A stretch of DNA of 64,000 nucleotides from a virus: positions 64,001 through 128,000 of the IMG/VR virus record IMGVR_UViG_3300050821_009780; one strand, given 5' to 3'. Below, one piece after another: positions 1 through 10,500 of this stretch. How positions within the stretch are numbered: the stretch's first letter is position 1; each line of letters begins with the position of its first letter. The translations under genes were made by a program, and so were the position numbers. Under the pieces are notes generated by a model that made no database searches, was not told the origin of the DNA, and worked only from the letters and a program-made list of their open reading frames with translations.

Positions 1-9
1 ACGTCTCTG

Positions 10-38
10 ATTTTACTCGCTGACTTGGCTTGAGTCAA
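10..38 (-). promoter_or_regulatory. Sigma70/HrdB-type promoter with conserved palindromic spacer (copy 1)
   Basis: Minus strand TTGACT-caagccaagtcagcgag(17)-TAAAAT; shares the TTGACnnnAGCCAAG motif with other intergenic sites. Confidence 0.75.
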
Positions 39-300
39 GTCTCGGCAGTGTGCGCAGATCCTCTGCCTTGACTGCATCAAACTCTTCGGCTGTCCGCATT
101 GCTTCCTGGCGGCTGCGCCTCGGCGTCGCGTACACGGTGCGCGGCTCCTGGAACTCGACCACCTTGACGACGACCGGGTGCTTCGTCTTGACCACCTGGC
201 CGACCAGCAGGCAGGCGGTGTACGGGTCGGGGGCCGCCTGCTCGCGCACGGCCGGGGTGGTGGTCAGCTCCCCCTGGTAGGTGACCTGGTACCTAGGCAC
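13..300 (-). CDS. Hypothetical protein (~95 aa)
   Basis: GTG start (VPRYQVTYQG...) overlapping the upstream stop; C-terminal part of the 13..861 ORF. Confidence 0.55.
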   Translation of the reverse strand: MPRYQVTYQGELTTTPAVREQAAPDPYTACLLVGQVVKTKHPVVVKVVEFQEPRTVYATPRRSRQEAMRTAEEFDAVKAEDLRTLPRLDSSQVSE

Positions 301-562
301 GCGGGGCCTCCCATCCCCCCAGGCGCTTGTCGCGCTGGCCCATGCTCTCGGCCTGCCACAGCCAGCGGTCGCCGGCGGAGCTGGCGACCCGGAAGAGACG
401 GCGGCCGATGTCCGCCTTCGTGATGTATCCCAGGAACGCGAACACCGGGATGACCTCGGCCGTGGTCTCGATGCGGGTCTTGCCCACGTCATCCGGCTGC
501 ACCGTGTAGAACACCCGGCCAGGGTCGGGCGGCGGGCCGGCCGGCTTGAACACCTCACGCAC
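293..562 (-). CDS. Hypothetical protein
   Basis: VREVFKPAG... ORF coupled to neighbours by overlapping start/stop. Confidence 0.55.
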   Translation of the reverse strand: MREVFKPAGPPPDPGRVFYTVQPDDVGKTRIETTAEVIPVFAFLGYITKADIGRRLFRVASSAGDRWLWQAESMGQRDKRLGGWEAPRA

Positions 563-902
563 GGTCTGCCTCCTCCAGCACCGTGAACGACGCGCGGCGC
601 ACGAAGTAAACGGCCTGGTCGCGGTTGCCGAACTTGAACTCCACGCCGACGGGCCACAGCTCGTAGGCAATGCCGTCCGGCCAGTGCTCCGCGATGGCCT
701 CCTCGGGCAGGTCGTGCCGGGTACTCAGGTCGCTGTACCCGATGACCTCGTACTCGCCGCGCAGGTGCCGCACGCTGCCGTGGTAGCGGACCCTGGTGCC
801 GACCGGCACCTTCGCGGCCTCGCCAGCCTGGCAGGCACAGGAACCCGGAGCGTGCGGGCACACCCGCCCGGTCGCGTCGTAGCGGACCCCTGACTCGCTC
901 AT
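555..902 (-). CDS. Hypothetical protein
   Basis: MSESGVRYD... ATG overlapping upstream TGA, normal composition. Confidence 0.6.
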   Translation of the reverse strand: MSESGVRYDATGRVCPHAPGSCACQAGEAAKVPVGTRVRYHGSVRHLRGEYEVIGYSDLSTRHDLPEEAIAEHWPDGIAYELWPVGVEFKFGNRDQAVYFVRRASFTVLEEADRA

Positions 903-1324
903 CTCTTCACCGGCTTCCCCCGGGCGCTGCGCACCCTGGCAATCTTCTCGATGGCACCGCACGCCGCGTCGGACGGGTACTCAAGCTCCGCCTGCCCGTG
1001 GTCGGCGGCCTCGGCCCCGGAGGAGAACAGCGGCACCGGGGCCTCGTAGTCCAGTACCGAGGCGTCCAGCTCGTGCAGGTGCAGCCGGACCGCGAGCAGG
1101 TCGTCCGACAGGCTGCGGTGCCCGGCCCAGCCGGCGCACAGCTGCCCGTCCGCCTGGTGGCACATGAACAGCATGTGCCCCCCGGCGCGCATCTGATCCA
1201 GGATGTCGCCATCGTAAGCGCGCAGCTTCTCGTACTCCTCGTGCGACCAGACGCCGGACGGCACGTCCCGGCGGTACGGGCAGAACGCACACGGCTTCGG
1301 CCGCACCTCGGTCTTCTCTGTCAT
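899..1324 (-). CDS. DUF6283-like Cys-rich actinophage protein
   Basis: PCAFCPYRRDVPSGVWSHEEYEKL...FMCHQ...CAGW pattern. Confidence 0.65.
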   Translation of the reverse strand: MTEKTEVRPKPCAFCPYRRDVPSGVWSHEEYEKLRAYDGDILDQMRAGGHMLFMCHQADGQLCAGWAGHRSLSDDLLAVRLHLHELDASVLDYEAPVPLFSSGAEAADHGQAELEYPSDAACGAIEKIARVRSARGKPVKR

Positions 1325-1497
1325 GACCAGCTCCCCTGGCACCGTTCCTCTTCGCTGCCCTCGTGGTAGGCGAGGGACCGTACCTCGTGCAGTATTTCCC
1401 GGATCTCCCTGCGGCGCTCGGCCTCGTCCGGGATGCACTCCGCGACCATGACCCGGGCCAGCGCCTCGTCCACGGTCAGGCCGTAGCGGCTAGGCAC
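1321..1497 (-). CDS. Small hypothetical protein
   Basis: VPSRYGLTVDEAL..., translationally coupled. Confidence 0.45.
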   Translation of the reverse strand: MPSRYGLTVDEALARVMVAECIPDEAERRREIREILHEVRSLAYHEGSEEERCQGSWS

Positions 1498-1636
1498 CGC
1501 GCTGCCCGGAGCCGCCGCACTGCCGTCCGGCGCTGACCCCGTCCTTGACCTGGTGCTTGCGGAGCTTGCCATCCTTGGTCAGCGCCTGCGTGCGCCCGCA
1601 GTACGGGCACTTGGCGCGCGGCAGCTTATGCGCCAT
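1490..1636 (-). CDS. Small Zn-finger protein (48 aa, not in ORF track)
   Basis: MAHKLPRAKCPYCGRTQALTKDGKLRKH...QCGGSG, translated by hand. Confidence 0.6.
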   Translation of the reverse strand: MAHKLPRAKCPYCGRTQALTKDGKLRKHQVKDGVSAGRQCGGSGQRGA

Positions 1637-1838
1637 GGCTCCCTGCCTCCCCGAGCGCCCTGCGCCCGGCTTCCGTCAGCTGGTAGCGGTAACTAGTCTG
1701 GTCAGCCGGCTCAACCAGGCCCTTTTCTGCCAGTCTCCAGACCTGCGGCACGATGCTCGCCGCGTCCCAGATGTACGGCCCCTGCTCGTAGCTGCGCAGC
1801 AGCTCCAGCTCGCCCTTGGTCAGCTCCACGGCACTCAC
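1626..1838 (-). CDS. Small winged-helix-like protein
   Basis: ...VWRLAEKGLVEP...YRYQLTEAGRRAL, typical wHTH wing pattern. Confidence 0.5.
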   Translation of the reverse strand: MSAVELTKGELELLRSYEQGPYIWDAASIVPQVWRLAEKGLVEPADQTSYRYQLTEAGRRALGEAGSHGA

Positions 1839-2341
1839 CACCCGGCCTTTTCCAGCAGTGTCAGCCACATGCCGAGCGAGACCCGGTGCCTGTCGTCCAT
1901 GACGACCTCCGCCTTGACCCACAGGCGGTCGCGGACATCCTGCCACGTCTGCTCGGCGGCCTCGTCAAGCTGCTTGCGGACTGCTGCCGCAGCAACCTCG
2001 GTATCCCACTTCGCTGGGCTGTACCAGAGCACCGCAGCGGAGAACCGCCTGGCCCCGTCGGGGGCGCACTCGCCCTTGCCAGCCTTGCGAAGGGCACCCT
2101 CCTGCGTCAGCAGACGGAGCACCCGCCCGACCCTGGCCTGGAAAGCCTTCTGCCGATCCGCTCCCTCCCACCGCCAGCCCGGCTTGACGCCGAGGCTCTC
2201 GTCGCTGTACACGTCGGCACCCAGCTCCTTGGCCACCGCGACGGCGGTCTCCCAGGTGCCCTCGGTCCGGCCCTTGGCCAGGACGTACTTCAGTGCCTCC
2301 GCCTTCAGCTGCTCGACGGTCAGATCCCTGAGCTTGTTCAT
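1835..2341 (-). CDS. Hypothetical protein (168 aa)
   Basis: ATG preceded by GAGGGGAG RBS. Confidence 0.65.
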   Translation of the reverse strand: MNKLRDLTVEQLKAEALKYVLAKGRTEGTWETAVAVAKELGADVYSDESLGVKPGWRWEGADRQKAFQARVGRVLRLLTQEGALRKAGKGECAPDGARRFSAAVLWYSPAKWDTEVAAAAVRKQLDEAAEQTWQDVRDRLWVKAEVVMDDRHRVSLGMWLTLLEKAGW

Positions 2342-2348
2342 GTCTCCC

Positions 2349-2603
2349 TCAGCACTCCATTAGCCAGTGACGGCGCGTCTCCGGAAGCCTGTCGCACGGA
2401 CCGGGCTGCGGCTCGCCGGTGGCGAACACCGGGTCGCTGCTGCACTGCCATTCCGACGAGATCCCGGTGGGGGAGACGGCGTTGACCGCCGCCTCCACCG
2501 CATCCGCGTCCATGTCCGCCGAGGCGCAGACGCTGCAGACGACCAGCCCTGTCGCGTAGACCACGACCTCGCGCTCGCCTGCGTCGGCAACCTCCCTGCT
2601 CAT
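2349..2603 (-). CDS. Cys-rich hypothetical protein
   Basis: MSREVADAG...CSVC...PGPCD...HWLMEC, GGAGG RBS. Confidence 0.6.
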   Translation of the reverse strand: MSREVADAGEREVVVYATGLVVCSVCASADMDADAVEAAVNAVSPTGISSEWQCSSDPVFATGEPQPGPCDRLPETRRHWLMEC

Positions 2604-3418
2604 ACTGTTGCCTCCACGTCCGCCCAGTGCAGCGACAGCTCGTTGCCGAGCGCGCTGAGCTTCTGCCGGGTGCCGCACATGGGGCACACGCCCGTCTCCT
2701 GGTACCCGTTGTCCGGGACGGACAGCTCGGTGCTGCCCTCGACGGGGGCTACCCACGAACCCTCGCAGGCCCCGGTGCCGTCCAGGTAGCTGCCGGGAGC
2801 GGGCTGCGCGGCAGGCGACTTCTTCGGCTGCTGCTTGGCGGACGCCTGCTTGCGCGGCTTGCGGGCGCGCTGCTTCTTCGGGTAGCCGGGCGGGAAGACC
2901 TTCTCCGGCCCTGCCTCGGGGTAGGGGGACGGGTTGGGCACGCCGCAGTCCTTGCACTTCCTGCTCTTCTCCGGCCACCAGTGGCCCCACCGGCGGCACG
3001 CCTCGATGCCGGTCGGCCAGACGCTGCCGTACTTGCTGTCGTAGAGGCTGGTCCCGTCGCCGGCGGCGAGGAGGTCGTCCCACACCTTGTGGTAGGCGGT
3101 CACCAGGCCGCTGCGCAGCACCGGGTCCTTCAGGCCGTGCTGCTCGCTGGCCGCAGCGTTCTTGAAGTTGGTGTAATCGAGGCCCAGCACGATGCGCGCC
3201 ATGGCCCGGGCCACATCCTCGGGGCGGGCGTACGCCCGCCAGCTGTAGTCCGCCTTGCCATCCGCGAACATGTTCTCGCCCAGCTCGGGGCAGTAAACCC
3301 GGAAGCTGTCCAGCCACTCGACCCGGCGGGCACGCACCTGCAGGGTCCTGTCGTCGTTCTCATCAACCTTGGTGCGCTGGACGATGCTCAGCGCCCCGTC
3401 CGGAAGCATTACCCACAT
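2600..3418 (-). CDS. Hypothetical protein with C-terminal Zn-binding motifs (272 aa)
   Basis: MWVMLPDGALSIVQ...LQVRARR...DY..RA N-domain; CKDC and CPMC motifs; AAGGAG RBS downstream of promoter copy 2. Confidence 0.7.
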   Translation of the reverse strand: MWVMLPDGALSIVQRTKVDENDDRTLQVRARRVEWLDSFRVYCPELGENMFADGKADYSWRAYARPEDVARAMARIVLGLDYTNFKNAAASEQHGLKDPVLRSGLVTAYHKVWDDLLAAGDGTSLYDSKYGSVWPTGIEACRRWGHWWPEKSRKCKDCGVPNPSPYPEAGPEKVFPPGYPKKQRARKPRKQASAKQQPKKSPAAQPAPGSYLDGTGACEGSWVAPVEGSTELSVPDNGYQETGVCPMCGTRQKLSALGNELSLHWADVEATV

Positions 3419-3472
3419 AACCTGGCTCCTTCGCTCCGCCTTCCCGGCGGTGCCTACTTGGCTTATACCAAG

Positions 3473-3501
3473 AGTATAGGACTAGACTTGGCTCAAGTCA
3501 A
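3473..3501 (-). promoter_or_regulatory. Promoter with palindromic spacer (copy 2)
   Basis: TTGACT-tgagccaagtctagtcc(17)-TATACT; contains perfect GACTTG-AGC-CAAGTC inverted repeat. Confidence 0.85.
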
Positions 3502-3823
3502 GTCCTAGCTCCTGCTGGAGCACGAACACGGCCACATCGTGCTTCCACGCCTTGTACACGACAGTGCCGCAGCGGTCAGGCGGGAAGGGGTACTTGTCCA
3601 GCGCGGCCTGGACGACCCACCGGAACGCCTGAGCTGTGTCGGACAGGCCGATAGCCTCGGCGGCCTGGCAGAACGCCGTCAACTTCGCCTCGACCACGGC
3701 ATATGCCTTCAGGTTCGTGTTGTAGGAAAAGCTGCGTCGGTCGCGCTCAGCACCGGCAGCTCTGGCTATCAAGGTAGCCAGCTCTTCAAGTCCCACCGTC
3801 AAGGCAGGAGTTTCTTTGCTCAT
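3482..3823 (-). CDS. Hypothetical protein, probably leaderless
   Basis: MSKETPALT...; ATG 7 nt after the -10 box of promoter copy 3. Confidence 0.6.
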   Translation of the reverse strand: MSKETPALTVGLEELATLIARAAGAERDRRSFSYNTNLKAYAVVEAKLTAFCQAAEAIGLSDTAQAFRWVVQAALDKYPFPPDRCGTVVYKAWKHDVAVFVLQQELGLDLSQV

Positions 3824-3830
3824 GCCAAGA

Positions 3831-3859
3831 AGATTACTTATCCGCTTGGCTTGAGTCAA
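3831..3859 (-). promoter_or_regulatory. Promoter with conserved spacer (copy 3)
   Basis: TTGACT-caagccaagcggataag(17)-TAATCT. Confidence 0.75.
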
Positions 3860-4148
3860 GTCCGTGGCTGACGGCCTTCTCCCTTACGTGCCAGAGAGCG
3901 GCGTGCGCGTCGTACCCGTCCGGGACGTCCTCAACGGTCCACCGGCCGTTGTACGGCAGCCGCTCCGCCAGGCGCCCGCCGTGCTGCGGCCAGGTCGGCT
4001 GGCTGCCCTTATCCAGCAGCTGACCCTCCACTCCCGGCGGCACTCCCTGCGGGATACGAGCCATATCAGGCCACTGACCTGCCTTCAGCGGCAGCGTCGC
4101 GGCGAACGCCGGACCATGGTACGGGCTGTGCCAGACGGCGACCTTCAC
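3834..4148 (-). CDS. Hypothetical protein
   Basis: VKVAVWHSPYHG..., GTG overlaps stop of 4145..4558. Confidence 0.55.
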   Translation of the reverse strand: MKVAVWHSPYHGPAFAATLPLKAGQWPDMARIPQGVPPGVEGQLLDKGSQPTWPQHGGRLAERLPYNGRWTVEDVPDGYDAHAALWHVREKAVSHGLDSSQADK

Positions 4149-4558
4149 CCGTCCTCCTCGTCGCCGCGGAAGACCCGGCCCTCGGCGGACAACCGCAGCG
4201 ACTCCTGCCGATCCTTCGCCAGCGCCTTCGCCTGGGCGGGGGAGACGTTGCCGCTGCACACCATATCCATGTACCGGTGCGCCGGGGTCTCCCCGCCCAG
4301 GTCCAGGGTCAGCTTCAGCAGCGCGCAGGGCTGCTCCTGCACCAGCGCGCAGGCGGTGACCGCGCCGGAGAAGCTGCGGCCCTCGGAGGGGCTGTCGAAG
4401 AACACCACCGGGTCGATGCCGCGCAGCCGGACGACCTCCGGCCGGGGCACCGGGAGCGTGTGGGCCTGCGGGCTGTCGGCGGACGTGACGATGCAGCCGT
4501 GCGGGAACAGGCGGTCGAACATCGCCTGGTACTTGCGGGCCTGCTCGGGAGGTTCCAT
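4145..4558 (-). CDS. Hypothetical protein directly downstream of the giant protein
   Basis: 137-aa ORF, TGATG coupling to the giant ORF. Confidence 0.6.
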   Translation of the reverse strand: MEPPEQARKYQAMFDRLFPHGCIVTSADSPQAHTLPVPRPEVVRLRGIDPVVFFDSPSEGRSFSGAVTACALVQEQPCALLKLTLDLGGETPAHRYMDMVCSGNVSPAQAKALAKDRQESLRLSAEGRVFRGDEEDG

Positions 4559-7500
4559 CAGAACGGCGGACCTTCCCCTCCAGAAACAGCAGCATCCTTG
4601 GCTTCCTGAAGGGTATCGAAGGTACCGAGGTACTCAGTGCCATCGTAGGTCATGTAGCCCCCGTACGTGGCCTTCTCGACCTGCAGATCGCCGTTCTTCC
4701 AGGTGGGGTACGCCTCGCCGCCGCCCTTCACCCAGTTGAGGTCGGTGATCTGGCCGAGCAGCTCGCTGACCGTCGGCGGTGCGGCACCCGTCTCCTGGGC
4801 GGCCTGCTGCGCGGCGGCCTGGCCGGACTCGGCGGCCTGGGCGGACGGCTCGGTGGCCCCGGTGTACACCTGGGACTCGGCGAGCGGGTCGAGCAGCTCG
4901 GGGTGCGCGGCGAGGTTGGCCTTGACCTTGTCCACGGACGCCTTGCCGATGTGCTGGACAATCCTATCCTCGACGGGCAGGTAACGGATCTCGGTGATGC
5001 CGTGGTTCTTGAGGTAGGCGATGAGCTCGGCCCGGTCTTCCGCGTAGGACGACTGGACCAGCTCCACGTCGTCGAGCAGGGACAGCGCGTCGGAGATCAT
5101 GGTCTCGTTGCTGCCGCCGCTGTACTTGCGCCACACGTCCGGGTTCCAGTGGGCGTCCTTGCGCCGGTAGACGCCCTCGGCGCTGTACCCGCCCTCGCTG
5201 TACGGTATCTGGTTGCCGAAGTAGTCGTTGTCGTAGGAGTAGTTCCGGGTCCGGGCCAGGGTCAGCGGGCTGAACACGGCGGCGCGGTTATCGGTCACGT
5301 TGAGCCGGGTGAACACGTAGCCGGGGCCGCCGGACTCGTACGGGTTGCCGAGGCCGCCGGCCTCCGTCCCGGCCACCCGGATGAGGGCATCCTTGCCGTA
5401 TGACCCGCCTGCCTTGACGATGTAGGACGCAGCACTGCCGCTGCTGGACTGCCTGATGGGCATGGGCAGGCTCTTGACCTTCGCGGCCAGGTCGAACCGG
5501 TACCAGTCGGGCTTGCCGCCGACAACCGCCGGAGCGGTAGGGTCGAAGTGCTTCTGCCGGGGGAAGAAGCCGCCGCGCTCGGCCCAGTCCGCCACCTGCG
5601 CGGGGGAGGTCAGGGTGGCGAACGCGTCGCGGTACGCCCGCACCTCGGCCTGCGGGTCGGCCTTGCCCAGCGTCTCCAGTGCAGCGATGATCTTCCGGTG
5701 CTCGTTCTTGCCCGGCTTGGCGCCGCCGACAACCGGGTACGCCGTGCCCAGCCTCTCCTGCAGCACCTTCCACACCGGCTGGTCCTTGCTGTCCGCCCGA
5801 TCGTTCATGACGGACAGCAGGTGCCGCCAGTAGAACAGCTCGAAGTCGGGCACCTCGGCCTCGCGCATGTCCAGTCCGGCGAGCTGCAGGGCGGCGCGGA
5901 CGCGCTCCAGCGACGCGGCGCTGCCGTCCTTGCTGGTGAACCGGACGCGGCCCCAGTGGGAGACCTTGACGCCGGTGTCCTGGCCGTCGCCGAACTCGAT
6001 CTGCTCCCCGTCCGGCAGGGTCATCCGCCAGAACTTGCCGGGGTCCTGGTGCGCGCTGGTGTAGCTACCTGGGTTGAACTCGCCGGTGGTCTCGTCGATG
6101 CTGCCCTTGTCGTGCTTGGAGGCGGTGCCGGCCTGCAGCTTGATGCCGAGCGCGGACAGCTCATCCTTGACCTCGGGCTTGGGGGTGCTCTTCGGCAGCC
6201 AGCGGGGCAGATCGCCCTCGCCGAACCCGAACGAGCCTGCCTTGGCGTCCAGCACAGCCGCGATGTGCGACAGGTAGGTCTGGGCCATGTCGAGCAGGTT
6301 GCGGGACTGCTGAACCCCTGGGTCGGTGCTATCCGGGTGGGCACCGACCACGGCTTCTGCCGCCTGCTGCACCAGCTGCAGCTTCTGCTGCACCTCGGCC
6401 ATGGCGTCGAGCTTTCCCTGGTTGTACTGCCCGTCGGTCTTGTGCATGGTGACGCTGCGGGCCGCCGTGATGATCGTGTTGTAGTAGTTCTTTTCCCCGG
6501 CGAGGCCGCCGCGGTCGGGCGAATCGTACGGGGCCTTGCCGGGGCCGTAGCTGTCAGCCGGGTAGCTCACGGTGGTGTCGTCGGCGGGCGCGGCGTCCTT
6601 GCCGCTGTGGCTCTTGAGCCAGCCGATGACCTTGTCGTAGGCGGTGCCCTTGAGGAACGTCTCCCCGTGGGTGACCTTGGCTCCCTGGCCGTCGTTCTGC
6701 TGCCAGAGCAGCACGTGCATATCGCGCAGCTCGGGGCCGCCGAAGAACGCGGGGACGCCGTGGCTCTTGGCGGCGGCGACGTGGTCCAGCAGGCCCGGCT
6801 CGCTGAACCCGGAGTGCAGCGGGGCGCCGTGCGCGTCGGGGAGCCGCTGGACCGGGACCTCGGGCAGCCCGGTGACGCTGCCCTGCTTCAGCACCGGCTT
6901 GTCCGGGGGCAGCGCCTGCCATGCCTTGAGCGCGGCATCCAGGATCGCCTGGTCGCGGGCGGCGACGGTCTTGCTCTCGCTCTGCGCGAGGAGCTGCTTC
7001 GCCTCCTCCAGTGCCACCCATTTCGTCTGCTCGGTCTCCCCGTTGTCCAGCTCCGGGGTAGCGACCGCGCCCTCGGCCTTGGCCAGATAGAAGTAGGAGG
7101 TGGACTGGGTGCCGGTGAAGGCACCGGGCACGTAGCCGACCGGCTGGTACCTGGCGCCCATCTCCTCGGCGGTCTCCCGCACGGCGGCCTGCAGGGAGGT
7201 CTCGCCCGGATCGGCCCCGCCCTTGGAGAAGCTCCACGCGGTGCTGTTGTAGTGGTTCTTGACCTCGCGCAGCTGCACCTGGCCCTGATCGTTGAACACC
7301 ACCAGGCCGTAGCGGGGGTTGTGCCCGGGGGCATCGCCCCACGGGCTGCTCTTGCCGAAGTCGGAGGAGGCCCCGGCGTACCCGGCGTCCTGGTAGACCT
7401 GCGCCCACAGCTTGGTGAAGTCGTCTGCGAGGCTGTTCTTGCGGCGCAGCACCTCGTCGATGAGCGCCTGCCTGGACCCGAGGGAGCCGAACTTGGTGCG

Positions 7501-10500
7501 GTGCGCGAAGCCCTGCTCCAGGATGTTCTGCACGCTGGCGTCGGACACGTTCTGAATCTTGCGCGCCTGCTGGATGACCTGGAGGAACGCCTGGTCGGCA
7601 GCGTCCTTGGTGACCTGGTGGTTGCGGATGCCGTCGTACAGCCGGGTGTAGACGAGCTGGGTCATGGTGTCCATGGCGCTGGTGCCGGCCAGGCCGGGCC
7701 AGTCCATGTTGCCCCAGGCGCGGCCCTTGTCGATGCCGGCGATGTGCCCGTCCGGCGTCTTGATCATGTTGTTGGCGGAGCTGTCATCGTTGGACAGCAC
7801 CCAGTCGAGCAGGTGCTCGGACGCGATGTCGGCGACCTGCGCGGGGGTGAACGCGGACCAGGGCGGCAGGTCGGTGTAGTAGCCGAGCGGCTCGCCGGGG
7901 ATGGCCTTCTGCGCCTGCACCGGGCTGCCGCCGAACGCGGGGTCGGTCAGCAGCTGGGACTCGGCGGTCCGGAACCCGAACAGCTTGCCGAGCCGGTTGG
8001 CGGCGTGCTCCTGCTCCAGCCGGAACAGCCCGCCCCCGGCGCTGCTGGAGGGAGGCGCTGGCTTGACGTACCAGGTGCTGGTCTCCCCGGTGTAGGGGAT
8101 GGTCCTGGTGGCCTTCCACACCTCGTGCCCGTGGCTGGGCATATCCCCCGTGGGGATCTTCTTCCACACCGGGACGGACTGCTCGGCGACGGCCTTGACG
8201 TGCTCGTTATCGAGCCACTTCTGGATCGCCTGCTTCTTGTAGAAGGTGTAGTCCAGGACGTAGGCGAGGGTGTTGCCCATCTCGTCGGCGAGCTGCTGGA
8301 GGTAGGGGGTGACCTCGGCCTCGTGGTCGTCGGCGAACGCCTGCACAGCGGTCTCGGACCACTCGTCGGCGGGGGTGCTCGCCTGCACGTACGCGTCGTA
8401 GGCGTTGGCTGGCTGGAGGCCGTCGGTCCAGACGGGCGGCTCGGTCTTGGGAGACTGGCCCTGGCCGAACCGGTCGTTCGCGGTGCCGGTGAGCTGGTCC
8501 ACCGCAGCCTGGTCGTGGCCGCGGTGCGCCTTGACGACCATCTCCCGCTCGTAGGGGTACAGGTGCTCGGCGTGCTGGAAGCCCATTTTGATCAGGTAGT
8601 TGGCGACCTCTGCGGCGGGAAGGTTGGCCAGCCCGGCGGAGGACCAGGTGCCGGGGATGTCCTGGCTGGCCGGGACCTGGTGCGGGTCGAGCGGGGACCA
8701 GGTGACCTGGTGGGTTTCCGTGTTGTCCGGGGCTCCGGGGTGGGCGGGGGAGACCTTGCCGCCCTTGGCGTCCAGCTCGAAGACAGCCTTCATGTCCCCG
8801 GCCTTCCACGCCTTGGCCCACAGCAGGAGATCGTAAGCCGACAGTGAGGACAGGTGCGTGCCGACCACCTGGCCCTTGCCGAACTGCTGGGAAATGTCCT
8901 TGATCTTGGCGATGGTCTCAGTCTTGGTGCCGAGCATCCCCGAGTCGGGGAGGAACCCGGTGTAGGGCTGCGCCCAGCCCTGCGGGGTGAAGGTGAAGAT
9001 GTCCTTGGCAGAGGTGACGCCCTCCGGCATGGTCTTCAGGAAAACGGGGCCTTCGGACTTCTCTGCCTTGGCCGCCTTAGCCGGGACTGCGCCTGGTTCG
9101 ACCTTGCTGACCTCCGCGCCCTCCGGCAGTCCGGGCACGGCGAGCAGCTCGGTCAGCAGCCCGGTGACTGCGGCCTTCTGCTTGTCCCCGGTATCCCCCT
9201 GGTGGTCGGCCATGAACTGCTTGCCGAAGCCCTTGTAGCTGTTCCACTTGACGAAATCGTCCCCTGCCAGGAACTTCTGGAACTCCGGGACGAACTGCAG
9301 TCCCGGGCTGTTGTTCAGCGTGTCGAGCAGCGCCTGAATCTCGTCCCTGGTCTTGATATCGCTGCCCCAGATGTGGTAGCCCGTCGGCTTGGTCCCCGGC
9401 TCGACGACGGTGGTGCCATACTTGTCGAGTACGGTCCCGGACTGCATGAGCGCGTCTACCGTGTAGTCCGGGACGACATTCGGGGCGGCCCCGTCGTTGG
9501 ACTTCCACTGGGCGCTGCCATCGCTGAAGACGACAAGCTCCCCCGCTGTTTCCGGAGCCTTCCCGGCGCCGCTCCACAGTTTGAGGTCACTGGCAGGAGC
9601 CAGCACGGTGGCGTAGGCGACCTGGTCCGGGGGCTGCCCCGCCTGCGGGAACGGGACGCTTGAGTACTGGGTGGCCTTCTCCAGCTGCTTCGCGGCGGCG
9701 GCCGGAGTCAGCTCCTTGCTGCTGCCGTCGGTGGCGAAGTAGATGTACTTGCCCCACGCCTTGGTGCCGTACTTCCAGAAGTCGGAGTTGTAGCCGCCGA
9801 CCTTGACGGGCTGCACGTGCAGGTAGGACTTGCCCTTGGGGTTCTTCCAGTACCCGGCCCCGAACAGCTTGCCGTCCACGTTGACGGCGGCGGGCACGAC
9901 GTTCGCCTTGACCGCCTGCAGCAGCTGGTCCTGCAGCTCGGGCGACGGGGCCGCCAGGTCCCCGCCCTGCGGGTGGTAGGACACCTCCAGGGTCAGCGGG
10001 TTGACCTTGTAGTACTCGTCGGTGCTGCTCTGCAGGTACCCGCCGTGCCAGTTGCCGTACTCGTGCGAGATGTACTCGGTATCGCTGCCCTGGCTGCCCT
10101 TCTCGGCCAGCTTGTAGGCGGCGGCGAGCAGCCAGGTCGGGAAGAGCTTTTCGCTGCCGTGCTCGCTTATCGCCTGCCCGGCGGTCATGGCCCCGAACGA
10201 GACGGTCTTCAACGCGTCGGCGACCTCCTTGCCGTGCGCAGCCTCCTCGACGGACGGCGGCTCCTTCGGCGTCAGGGAACTACCGTTCAGGTCCTTATCG
10301 CTGACGTAGTACGACGGAGCCTTCTTGACCTGAGTGTTACCGCTGTAGCTCTGGATGTACCACCACTGACCGGACGGGTCGCGGGCATAGGCGCCACCGT
10401 AGGGTCCGGTCTTCTCGTAGACCACCGAGCCGGGCGGGAACTCCCCGACCAGCACCCCGCCCTTGAGGGCGGGCACGGGAGACTCGGCGGGCTTGTACGA